From Chiloscyllium plagiosum (lineage: Eukaryota), in contig NC_057720.1 of NCBI RefSeq assembly GCF_004010195.1, forward strand, positions 8,723,665 through 8,787,664: a DNA stretch of 64,000 nucleotides. The letters run 5' to 3'. Of the stretch, positions 1 through 10,524 are shown piece after piece. The translations under genes and the position numbers were made by a program. The notes below the pieces were generated by a model. It had not been told where the DNA came from and did no database searches. It worked only from the letters and a program-made list of their open reading frames with translations. Each line of letters starts with the position of its first letter. Position 1 is the first letter of the stretch.

Positions 1-900
1 ATAAAATTCAAGGCCAATGGCTCTGCAATCTCCTCCCTTGCTTCCCAGAGAATCCTAGGATAAATGCCATCAGGCCCAGGGGACTTATCTATTTTCACCT
101 TTTCCAGGATTTCCAACACCTCTTCTCTACATACCTCAACGCCATCCATTCTGCTTAATTGTGACTCAGTATTCACATTGACAATAATGTCCTGTTCCTG
201 ATTGAATACTGACGAAAAGTATTCATTCAGTGTCTCCCCAATCTCTTCCGCCTCCACACGCAACTTCCCACTACTATCCTTGACTGGACCTATTCCTACC
301 CTAGTCATTCTTTTATTCCTGACATACCTATAGAAAGCCTTAGGGTTTTTCCTAATCCTACCAACTAAGGACTTTTCATGTTCCCTCCTTGCTGCTCTTA
401 GCTCTCTCTTCAGGTCCTTCCTGGCTGTCTTATAACTCTCAATCGCCCCAGTTGTACCTTCACGCCTCATCTTTACATAGGCTGCCCTCTTCCATTTAAC
501 AAGGGATTCCAATTCCTTATTAAACCACGGCCCCCTCACACGAGCCTTTCCTCCCTGCCTGACGGGTACATACTTATCAAGGACACTCAATAGTTGCTCC
601 TTGAACCAGCTCCACATATCAGTTACGCCCTTGTCTTGAAGCTTACTTTTCCAAGCCACACATCCTAAGTCATGCCTCTCAGCATCATAATTTCCCTGCC
701 CCCACCTATAACTCTTGCCCTGTAGTGCACACTTATCCCTCTCCATCACTAGAGTAAAGGTCACCGAATTGTGGTCACTGTCCCCAAAGTGCTCACCTAC
801 CTCTAATTCTAACACCTGGCCTGGTTCATTACCCAGAACCAAATCCAGTATGGCCTCACCTCTTGTTGGCCTATCTACATATTGTGTCAGGAAACCCTCC
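1..900 (-). mobile_element. CR1-clade LINE ORF2 fragment (endonuclease/tether region), decayed
   Basis: Reverse strand encodes ...LGNEPGQVLELEVGEHFGDSDHNSVTFTLVME..., matching the CR1 copy at 15100-15200; runs off the window start. Confidence 0.85.
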
Positions 901-1038
901 TGGCTAGATGGGTTAGGCATGAGGAATGCATGGTTACAGGGGTGGGATGGGATGGGATGCACTTTGGAGGGTCAGTGTGAACTCGATGGACAGAATAGCC
1001 TGCTTCCACGCTGTAAGGGATTTTATGATTACATGATT
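901..1038 (+). mobile_element. HE1-like SINE 3' part, old
   Basis: tttggagggtcagtgtgaactcgatgg...gcctgcttccacgctgtaagggatt matches the SINE tail seen in the other copies. Confidence 0.65.
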
Positions 1039-2614
1039 CTTAGGCTCAAACCATCATGAATAGGAACTACAACACCATTTCTTTGTTCTAACTGGACCAG
1101 AATCCTCAAACTCAGGCAGTCCCCAATGTAGGCAGTCTGTTATTACACCAGATGAAACTCACCTGAACCTTCAAAGGAACTAAGGAAAGAGCAACTAATT
1201 CTGGTCAAGCCAGTGACAATGATGTCCCTTGACAAAACTTTTAAAAAAGCAAACAATTTATTCGAGCATCAAGTTAAGTCAGGAAAAAATATAGCACCCA
1301 AATTTCTAGCATATGTTGGCTTCTAGTGAAGGCTGTAAACATTAGTCTTCAAAATAAATACCTCATTTGTGACATGAAGATTGTCTATCAATTTGTAGCA
1401 TTCAACTGGAGAGAGAAAAAAAGAGTATTTTGAAAATAGAAGATAATTTCTATGCACCAAACACCACTGTCCTAGAAATGTTCCAAAGTTAAATGGAAGT
1501 GAAAGTGTAAAAGAGAATTTTGGAAGGCATCTTACAAGCTGAATTGCAACCATGGAAACCTTTATCCTCCCCCTGATGCTCTGTCACTGTAGCCAGGTGA
1601 CATTGTAACACTGATAGCAAAGACAGATAGAGTAATGATAACGTTTTAAGAGCACTTGAGATGCCAACATAGATGCTGCTATTTAGTTGCCGAACAAAGG
1701 TAGCTTGCAATCTTGCATGACTTCCAGATGACAGCGTCTTTAAGCCATTGTTCAAAGATACGGGAAATAAAAACACAGTTCCCCTGAAAGGATCCAAAAG
1801 GTCAGAGCAGATGTACTGTCACTCCCCGCCTTTCAATCATTAGGAGGTCAGGGTCTGAATGAACTATAGTCACAGAATTTTCTGTTATACACCAGCAACT
1901 ACAAATACAGAGACTCCTACCAGCCTGCTGCGTCTTGTGAACCATGTCCCCTCACACTGTTCACTGATTTCAAACAAGGACCTATTCTTGCTGCAGTAGT
2001 ATTAGGAGCAGAACAGCAAGAGTTATAGACAGTGATTGTGCGGTCCATTGTATTTCAACATCATTTTCTGTATACTAATTACTGTGCTTACATCGGAGCT
2101 ACATAAAGACTTGAGGGGAAGAAAAGATACTCTTGAAACTTTTCAAACTAACTCCCACCTTCTGAAACTTTGCGGAGGACCCTGAGATACATGGGATAAT
2201 CAATGTATTTTATTCATTATCTGCAGTCAAACTGTTAGTCAGGCTATTCTTTCATTTTCCAAAGCCAGGTGCAAGAGTTTTGTGTTTTCACAATCAGAAG
2301 TTTGTGCTTATGCTACTATAATTTGCCAATGAATTACTTTAAAGCACGGGCAGTATGTGTCTGGTATACTGAACTTATTTCCCCTCAATAAATACTAAGA
2401 TCCAAGCCAAACAAAAAGTTACTCAGAAGTTTTGTGAACGCTCATTTGTAACCAACTTAATTCCCTGCCCTGTTATATAAAGAGAAGTTCAAAATTGTTC
2501 AGGCACTTTACAAAGTAATGTAAGTGAGCTTGGAATAAAAAGACAGATAGCAATGAGAGAGCCAAACTCCTGCCTTTAGCTGTACACCTGCAGTATCAGT
2601 CTCTCATTTTCTCA

Positions 2615-2745
2615 TTTTCTTGATGAAGGGCTTATGCCCGAAATGTCGACTCTCCTGCTCCTCAGATGATGCCTGATCGGCTGTGCTTTTCCAGTACCAC
2701 AATTTTTGACTCTGATCTCCAGCATCTGAAGTCCTCACTTTCTCC
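2615..2745 (+). mobile_element. PLE family-1 pseudo-LTR (pLTR) remnant with degenerate hammerhead core
   Basis: ttgatgaagggcttatgcccgaaatgtcga...ctccagcatctgaagtcctcactttctcc. Confidence 0.8.
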
Positions 2746-2749
2746 CCTT

Positions 2750-2940
2750 CCAGGTTTATTTGGAAGTACAAGCTTTTGGAGCACTGCTCCTTTGTCAGGT
2801 AGCTGACATTTACCTTCATCTTGATAAATGATCTGTGCTCTGAAAGCTTATACTTTCAAATAAACCTGTTGGACTATAACCTGATGTTGTGCAATTTATA
2901 ACTTTGTCCACTCCAGTCTAAGGCCGGCACCTCCACATCA
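2750..2940 (+). mobile_element. PLE family-2 palindromic unit, decayed
   Basis: caggtttatttggaagtacaagctttt / gaaagcttatactttcaaataaacctg inverted arms, followed by the family-2 tail ...ccggcacctccacatca. Confidence 0.75.
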
Positions 2941-2944
2941 CATC

Positions 2945-3140
2945 TCTTTTAAACATCCCACCATGCCCTCACCTTGAGCCTGTGTCCCCCAGTAATTGAT
3001 CCCTCCTTCCTGGGAAAAGACCTCATACTTTCCACTCTATCCATTCCATTCACAATCTTCTAAACTTCTATCAGGTCACTCCTCAACCTCCTGCATTACA
3101 GTGAAAACTAAACCAATCTATCCAACCTTTCTTCACAACT
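2945..3140 (-). mobile_element. CR1 LINE 3' fragment
   Basis: ctatccattccattcacaatc...aggtcactcctcaacctcc resembles the other CR1 3' ends. Confidence 0.65.
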
Positions 3141-3169
3141 AAAATAGTTGATATAGCAAAGGTGAGCAA

Positions 3170-3470
3170 CACAATGGATGGGGAAGATATATGTTTCCAC
3201 CACTGGGAGAGATCAGAACAAAGGGAGGCATAATCTTAAACTTACAGCTAGATCATTCAAGAGATGTTCCAGGAAGCAGTTCCTCAAACAAAGTACTGTG
3301 GAAATATGGAAATTGCACTGTCACAGAATTAGGTCAGTTGAACATTTCAAAATTAAGGTTGTTAGATGTTTGTTAGGCAAGCAGGCCAAAGTTGACATAA
3401 TAGTTTTGGGAAACAGATCAGCTATAAGCTAGTTGTTGGGTAGAACAGGCTGATGGGCTCCTGTTGTATT
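3170..3470 (+). mobile_element. CR1 LINE 3' fragment, old
   Basis: MFPPLGEIRTKG..-type CR1 C-terminus followed by the 3' tail. Confidence 0.6.
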
Positions 3471-3491
3471 TTGGGAGACTGGTGGACTCCT

Positions 3492-4095
3492 GATTTGATT
3501 TGATTTATTATTGTCACATGTACCTATATACAGTGAAAAGTTTTGATTTGTGTGCAGTACAAGCGGATTACAACATTCAAGGACACAAAGGTCATGTAGT
3601 GATATAACAGGGCAAGGAATACAAAAGTTATGGCTGCAAAGGCATATGAAAATCAAGGAGGAGAAAGTGAGGTCTGCAGATGCTGGAGATCAGAGCTGAA
3701 AATGTGTTGCTGGAAAAGCGCAGCAGGTCAGGCAGCATCCAGGGAACAGGAGAATCGACGTTTCAGGCATAAGCCCCTCTTCAGGAATGCAGAAGAGCTT
3801 ATGCCCGAAATGTCGATTCTCCTGTTCCCTGGATGCTGCCTGACCTGCTGCGCTTTTCCAGCAACACATTTTCAGCTATGAAAATCAAGAGCAACATCAG
3901 ATTTGAAATTTGAGAGGTCCATTAGCAGTCTAATAACAGAAAGGAAGAAGATGTTCTTGAATCTGTTGGTGCATGTGTTTATGTTTTTGTATCTTCCGTC
4001 TGATGGAAGAGATTATAACCGGCTTGGGAAGAGCCTTTGATGATGTTGGCTACCTTCCTGAGGCAGTGAGAAGTATAGATGGAGTCGATAGATGA
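3492..4095 (-). mobile_element. Rex1/Babar-type LINE 3' end, interrupted by a PLE hairpin unit
   Basis: (gattt)n tail, ttattgtcacatgtac...tacagtgaaaag 3' UTR and ttccgtctgatggaaga (LPSDGR-like motif on minus); homologous to 61185-61775. Confidence 0.7.
3658..3876 (-). mobile_element. PLE family-1 hairpin unit (81-bp arms, 36-nt tail, 13-bp TSD)
   Basis: Arms 3694-3774 and 3797-3877 are reverse complements with 2 CpG-type mismatches; TSD tatgaaaatcaag at 3645-3657 and 3877-3889. Confidence 0.9.
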
Positions 4096-4635
4096 AATGG
4101 TTCCCTTGGCTTTATACAGAATTAGTGTCAAGACTAAGCTGAAGTGGTCAGTCAAAACAAAGGAGTCAAACTGTGTAGTAGGATGGTGGGAAGCTCATAG
4201 GTTTGATGCAGACAGCACAGTTTACCATGCATACCTCTATGTCAATGCTAGCTCTTTGGTGTTTGTTGTTGGTTGTTCCCAGGAGTTCTGTGATCATGGT
4301 GCATCACCCTCAGCTGTTTCAGATCCTCCTTATACTTTCATTAAAGCTCATCTGCAACGGCCTTGTGATATCAGGGTCCCTGGCCTGATCGTTTCCAGCC
4401 TCAGGCTACTGTCTGTGTGGAGTTTGCACGTTCTCCCCGTGTCTGCGTGGGTTCCCTCTGGATGCTCTGGTTTCCTTCCACGGTCCAAAGATATGCAAGT
4501 CAGGTGACTTGGCCATGCTAAATTGCCCATAGTGTTAGGTGCATTAGTCAGAGAGAAATGGGTCTGGGTGGCCAGCTCTTTGGAGGGTCGGTTTCGACTG
4601 GTTGGGCCAAAGGACCTGTTTCCACATTGTAGGGA

Positions 4636-4852
4636 GTTGAAACTTTATTGCTGGTACAGCACAGCAGGTCAGGCAGCATCCAGGGAACAGGAGATTCGAC
4701 GTTTCGGGCATAAGCTCTTCTGCATTCCTGAAGAAGGGCTTATGCCCGAAACGTCGAATCTCCTGTTCCCTGGATGCTGCCTGACCTGCTGTGCTGTACC
4801 AGCAATAAAGTTTCAACTTTGATCTCCAGCATCTGCAGACCTCACTTTCTCC
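4636..4852 (+). mobile_element. PLE family-1 hairpin unit (perfect 81-bp arms, 34-nt tail, 15-bp TSD)
   Basis: 4635-4715 is the exact reverse complement of 4738-4818; TSD tccacattgtaggga at 4621-4635 and 4853-4867. Confidence 0.92.
4724..4759 (+). ncRNA. Minimal type I hammerhead ribozyme motif (PLE family 1)
   Basis: CUGAAGA 4728-4734, A, stem II GGGC-UUAU-GCCC, GAAAC, GUC (predicted cleavage after 4755); stem I AUUC/GAAU; stem III is only the palindrome ACGU. Confidence 0.8.
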
Positions 4853-5289
4853 TCCACATTGTAGGGAACCTAATCAAATCTAATCTGCCAGAAAACCACA
4901 TCATTTCATCTCTTTAACCTCCAGAAGGGGTTTTAGTAGCTTTTCCGTTCTGATCAATAGCCAAATGTTGACCTTTGCTGGATGTCACTTGATTTTAAGA
5001 ATTCTTTCTGCTCTTGCAAGTTTAAGCACTTCTTCACTAATCTAATGATCTGCTTTTTGGAATTTCGAGCACATTTCTTAGCATCAGCATTTTCTTATCC
5101 AGATCTTTATTTGTTGCTCTTTTGAAGTTATCCAATTATTCATCCAAAAAAAACCCTGCTTTTCACTAACACATCATCACCCAGCCTACTTTTTTTTGCA
5201 TGTCTAGTGCTTTCTCTTAAACTTGGCAGGCTGTTCCGCATTTTCCTTTCTCTCATTTAACCAATTCCAATAAATGTCAGATGTCATAC

Positions 5290-6003
5290 AGTCATAGAGC
5301 CATCGAGATGTACAGCACAGAAATGGACCCTTCAGTCCAACTTGTCCATGCCGACCAGATATCCTAAATTAATCTGGTCCTATTTGCCACCTTTTGGCCC
5401 ATAACCTCTTCCTATTCATATATCCATCCAAATGTCTTTTAAATGCTGTAATTGTATCAGCCTCCACCACTTCCTCTGGCAGCTCATTCCATACACACAT
5501 GACCTTCTGTGTGAAAAAATTGCCCCTTATGTCCCTTTTAAATTTTTCCCCTCTCACCTGAAACCTATGCCCTCCAGTTTTGGACTCCCTTATTCTGGGG
5601 AAAAGACTTTGTCTATTTCCCCTATCCATGCCCCTCATGATTTTATAAACCTCTATAAGGTCACCCCCTCAGCCTCTGACACTGAAGGTAGAACAGCCCC
5701 AGCCTATTCAGCCTCTCCCTGTAGCTCAAACCCTCCAACCCTGGCAACATCCTTGTAAATCTTTTCTGAACCCCTTCAGGTTTCACAACTTCCTTCCTAT
5801 AGCAGGGAGACCAGAACTGAATGCAACAGCCCCAGCCTATTCAGCCTCTCCCTGTAGCTCAAACCCTCCAACCCTGGCAACATCCTTGTAAATCTTTTCT
5901 GAATCCCCCCTTCAAGTTTCACAACTTCCTTCCTATAGCAGGGAGACCAGAACTGAATGCAGTATTCCAAAAGTGGCCTCACCAGTGTCCCGTACAGTCA
6001 TAA
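5290..6003 (-). mobile_element. CR1 (HER1-like) LINE 3' end with internal tandem duplication
   Basis: Minus ORFs RPLLEYCIQFWSPCYRK..KRFTRMLPGL and GNFFTQKVMCVWNELPEEVV. Confidence 0.9.
5692..5960. repeat. Tandem duplication of ~133 bp inside CR1
   Basis: aacagccccagcc...gaactgaatgc at 5692-5824 and 5825-5960, near identical. Confidence 0.9.
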
Positions 6004-6007
6004 CATA

Positions 6008-6938
6008 ACAACGGATCATAATCTCGAACTACTTATGGACATTTTGAACTTTTAATTCTAATATCTATTTTTTAAAAAAGGACATACAGCCAAAAGGTAA
6101 CTGCTGATTTAAGTTAGCCATTTGCCTGACAAAGCACTGTGTAAATCCTTGGAAAGTCATGCCTGCAGAGTGTCTGAGAAACTTCAAGCAGAAACACCAA
6201 AAAAGCAGAAAACTGATTCTGCCTCCCAGCAGAATACTATCTCCTGTGGATAATGTCCAAAACTACTGATATGTTTCTGTTTTACCCTTGGAGTAACAGC
6301 CATAAAAGGAATTGAAACCAACTTCAACCCCTTGTGTACATGTGATAGTAGCTAATGTGCTAGTGTGGGCTACTGTGCTGCAAACCTCGGGGACAATGAT
6401 TGGTCATCCCTGTGCTGCAGAAAAATAACGGCAGCCTCTCAATCTGAGTGCTGGAAGAAAGCCACCCCCAGTGAAGCCACTATCAAGAAGGACAAAACCT
6501 TGTGGGCTAACTGCAGAGCCAGAATCTTGAATCTACTGCTTCACTCCCATGTTGGCATTACCAGTATCATTGAACTTAGCAGTTATAAAGTTCCACCATC
6601 TCCTCTTCACAGAATGCAGAAACTATTTTGCATTGTTCATTTATATATCTACTCTGTCTCTATGTATGTATGTATCATAATTTCTTGTCTTCAGTAGTGA
6701 ATAAACTTACCACTTTGCATAATGTCCATATATTTGGATGACAAATTGTACTAATAAGGGAAAATATCCTTTTTAACTTAATATTGTTACATCAACTGAG
6801 AGAGAGGGAGTTGGATCAAGAAGGTTGGCAGGATGGTGGGCAATTAACTCCTCCCCACCCAGAAGCATAAACATTTGGAGGTATCCGTCCCGTAATTTAA
6901 ATGGATTTGGGACCCTAGCCCAGGGACTGATCATAACA
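6008..6938 (+). mobile_element. Possible solo LTR-like element
   Basis: AATAAA near 6699 and ...cataaca-type ends (6873, 6938); overall style resembles 58080-58839; no coding region. Confidence 0.35.
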
Positions 6939-7049
6939 TCAAGTAGTTCTTTTGATCTCTATAAAATTAAGCTTCCTTTTCTTATTTAATGCTGAACTTT
7001 TTTTCGAAAGGTCTTCATTTCCTTAACATCTCAAAAGGACAGGATATTC

Positions 7050-7183
7050 AGTTCTAATGAAGAGTCATCTAGATTTGAAATGTTAGCTTGTTTTCTCTCC
7101 ATGGATGCTGCCTGACCCGCTGTGATTTCCAGCATTTTTTTGCTTTCAGTACAGATTCCAGCATCTGCAGTGATTTGCTCCTA
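7050..7183 (+). mobile_element. PLE family-3 pLTR remnant with degenerate hammerhead
   Basis: ctaatga-a-gagtc-atcta-gattt-gaaatgtt core remnant, then gatgctgcctgacc...ttccagcatctgcag tail. Confidence 0.7.
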
Positions 7184-8082
7184 AGATGTTCTTGTTTCCT
7201 TATCAGCTCTAGAAATTCAATCTTCAGCCACCACAGTTCTTCACTGTAATACTTTCCTGCCTTGAAGTGTTTCCAGTGATCCTAGAGTATTTAGTGTCCA
7301 CCCCCAGTTTTCCTCTAAAGGTGAAGAGTCAACAGCAGGAATGGGGTCACATGTAAGAGAGATAAGGTCAGGCTTTGCCCAAAAGACACAAATAAACTAA
7401 CTCAGTTTTAAAATGACAATTCAGATGCTTTCATAGTACAAGCTCACGGATTAATTTGCCATGGCAAAATTGGAACATCCAGTATCTCGTTCTGAGAATT
7501 TGAACTCTCAACCTCCAATTTGCTAGCCCATTACCATAGCCACTAAACAACTGTACCATTTCCCTTACAAATTCAGTAAGAACTGAAACTGAACACAGGA
7601 CTCAAGGTGCAGTCAAGGGCACTGTATCCATTAAACACAAGTGCTGTTGAATCATTCGTCAACATCTGTTCATTGTAGACTTACAGTGAACCTTCCAAGT
7701 TATTGTGCAGAAGCAGCAATCTCCTGCAATCCAAACTGAAACAAGATCAATGTAACAGCTTCAGTAGCACTGACCCAAATAGAGTCCAATTATTCATTCT
7801 ATACAGGGTGCTGCTAAAAGGAATTAAAAACAGGGGAACATACAATATCATCATCATAAAGCTCTGTGCCTGGGCCTTTTGCCACCCCCACATCATGAAG
7901 GCCATAGTTTTACGAGAATCAATTGGTATTTTATGATTGCATTCTTTCAAACTTAAGTTTGGAATTGCCTGGAAGAGCTATGAGATCTTGGATTAATGGT
8001 TGCATATCCTCCTTTAAATAAGGTTTTAAGTCCCCTTCCATACAACTCTGGGGGAAGAAGTGACGTAAATATGGTCTCAAAA

Positions 8083-8259
8083 TTAAAAATCACACAACAC
8101 CAGGTTATAGTCCAACAGGTTTAATTGGAAGCACACTAGCTTTCGGAGCAACGCTCCTTGGAAGCTAGTGTGCTTCCAATTAAACCTGTTGGACTATAAC
8201 CTGGTGTTGTGTGATTTTTAACTTTGTACACCCCAGTCCAACACCAGCATCTCCAAATC
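8083..8259 (+). mobile_element. PLE family-2 hairpin unit (perfect 60-bp arms, 38-nt tail, 12-bp TSD)
   Basis: 8083-8142 is the exact reverse complement of 8162-8221; TSD atggtctcaaaa at 8071-8082 and 8260-8271. Confidence 0.9.
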
Positions 8260-8684
8260 ATGGTCTCAAAAGGTTGATTTGACATTCAGTGAGACACTCA
8301 CAAAGGTTGACTAACCAGCTTGATTGCATGAGTGGAAACAGAATGAATAGGGCTTAAACCCACCCATGTTAAGGACACGTAAGATGTTATTGGACCTGAA
8401 CTCATCTCACTAAGTAGAAAATCTTCTCTCATACTTCTATCATATCCCTTGTAGATGATAAACAGGCTTTGGTAGGCAGGAGGGGAATTGTTTGCCATGA
8501 GATTCCCAATCTTTGATCTCCTCTTGTAGCAAGAGTATCAAAATGGCTAGCCTAATTCAGTTCTGGTTAATGGCCTGGCTATTCACTGTGCAGGAGTGAG
8601 CAGTGGTCATGTCAATGAATTTCAAGGGGTGATGGATAGATTCTCTTCATTGGAGATAGCCACTGCGTGATACTTGTACAAAAG

Positions 8685-8940
8685 GCAATGGTGTTGTGGT
8701 AATGTCACTTGAACAGGAATCCAGAATACCAGGCTAATGCTTTGGAAACATGGTGTTGAGTACTATAGGGAAGGAAATCAGCTGTCTTTACCTAGACTGG
8801 CTTACACATCTCCAGACTCACAGCAATGCAGTTGACTCTTCATTGGCTTGCTGGGACACTTCAGAAGGCAATCAGTTCAACAGGCAATTATGGACATGCG
8901 AAAAATGCTGGTCTTTCAGCAATGCCCACATGCCATCTGA
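8685..8940 (+). mobile_element. tRNA-derived SINE family B (shares tail with the L2/Crack-like LINE), internally deleted
   Basis: gtggtaatgtcact...atccaga head; gggaaggaaatc...ctccagactcacagcaatg body; aaatgctgg...cccacatg tail. Confidence 0.6.
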
Positions 8941-9456
8941 GAAGTTATTTAAAAGTTGTTACCACAAGCATGATATTGTCCAGCATGTGAATGTGGACTG
9001 CTTTAATATCTGAGGAGTTGTGAATGATGCAGAACATTGCACAATCATCAGCAAACATCCCCACTTCTGACCTTGTGTTGGAAGCATATTGTTTTGTGCC
9101 TACCAGCAGAATGGTGCTCTCTGATCTCCATTTAATCTAATTTTGCTTAGGCTCTTTGATGCCACGTTAATTCCAGTAGAGCCTTAATGTCAAAGTTAAT
9201 CACCTGACTGCACATCACCAAGTGTGGCTTGGCATCAACATTACTGAACAGTCATTTCTGAAGTTCAGCTCCATTGTCCATGTTTGAACCAAGGCTGTAA
9301 TGAGGTCAGGAGCTGAGTGGCCCTGGCAGAAGGGTGACACTGAGCGGTTGTTGCTTGATAGCACATTTGATGACACCTTCCATCACTTTTCTGATGATTG
9401 AGAGGGGAGTAATGGGCTGGTAATTGACCAGTAATTGACCAGGTTGGAATTTTGTT

Positions 9457-9757
9457 TTAGATTAGATTCCCTACAGTATGGAAAAAGGCCCTTCGGCCCA
9501 ATCAGTCCACACCGACCCTCCAAAGAGTAACCCACCCAGACCCATTTCCCTCTGACTAATGCACCTAACACTATCGGCAATTCACCTAACCTGCACATCT
9601 TTGGACTGTGGGAGGAAACCGGAGCACCCGGAGGAAACCCACGCAGACACGGGGAGAATGTGCAAACTCCACACAGACAGTCACCCGAGGCTGGAATCGA
9701 ACCTGGGACCCGAGTGCTGTGAGGCAGCAGTGCTAACTACCGAGCCACCATGCCACC
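9457..9757 (-). mobile_element. HE1-like V-SINE, full length
   Basis: (gatta)n tail, ggcccttcggccc stem-loop, V-domain, tRNA-like head. Confidence 0.93.
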
Positions 9758-9921
9758 CTAATTGTTCTACCTTTTGTGTATGATACCAACTCAGACAATT
9801 TTTCACACTGTTAGGTCAGTGTTGTAGCTGCATTGGAATAATTTGACTACAGGTGCAGCAAGTTTGAGATGAAAATTCTTCAATACTATTACTGGAAGCC
9901 TGTTAGACACAGCCTTTACAG

Positions 9922-10311
9922 CACATTCACCAATATCATTTATTCTACCCATTGCTCCCAATGCGGTCTCCTTTACACTGGGGAGACTGGATGCCTCCTC
10001 GCAGAGTGCTTTTGGGAACATCTCCGGGACACCCACATCAATCAACCCCACCATCCCATGGCTGAACATTCCAACTCCCCATCGATTCTGCCGAGGACAT
10101 GCTGAATGGACTCTGGGCCTCCTCCACCGCCACTCCTTCACCACCCGATGCCTGGAGGAAGAACGCCTCATTTACCGCCTCGGAACACTTCAAACCCATG
10201 GCATCAATGTGGACTTCACCAGTTTCCTCATTTCCCCTCTCCCCACCTTACCCCAGTTCCAACCTGCTGCTGCCTGACCTGTTGTGCTTTTCTAGCACCG
10301 TTCTAATCTTG
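9922..10311 (+). mobile_element. PLE 3' fragment: GIY-YIG endonuclease remnant plus pLTR piece
   Basis: NIIYSTHCSQCGLLYTGETG...EHLRD and EERLIYRLGTLQTHGINVD; TSD acagcctttacag 9909-9921 / acaacctttacag 10312-10324. Confidence 0.85.
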
Positions 10312-10524
10312 ACAACCTTTACAGTGTCCAGGTCTGGAGATGTTTCTTAACAACGTGTAGTGTGAATTGAATCAGCTGAAAACTGGTACCTGTTTTGCAG
10401 GGGTTATCCAGAAGATTCATGAATTATCCATTCAGCATTTCTAACTGAAGATTATTGCAAATGATTCTGCCTTATTTTTTGCACTGATATACTGGCTTCC
10501 CCATTATTGAGGATGGGGATAGTT

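Larger units (their letters stand above)
4372..4885 (+). mobile_element. HE1-like V-SINE with a PLE hairpin unit inserted in its tail
   Basis: V-domain gtgtggagtttgcacgttctccccgtgtctgcgtggg; tail split at tccacattgtaggga. Confidence 0.9.
8290..10520 (-). mobile_element. Old L2/Crack-like LINE ORF2 remnant with nested SINE, HE1 and PLE insertions
   Basis: Minus strand reads RT-like segments (..FSIIHNSSD.., ..MFADDCAMF.., ..LAAPVVKLFQCSYNTD..); homologous to 43300-43990. Confidence 0.6.

Noticed and set aside
1157..1230. Perfect minus-strand donor CAG|GTGAGT at 1162
   Set aside because: Lies within a decayed L2/Crack-like tail; no acceptor or frame support.
1489..1797. 102-aa minus ORF in unique sequence
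   Set aside because: Non-ATG start, no splice support and no recognisable domain.
3658..4852. Hairpins read as MITEs or miRNA precursors
   Set aside because: The asymmetric tail, long variable TSDs and identity with the pLTR of an RT/GIY-YIG element point to a PLE origin.
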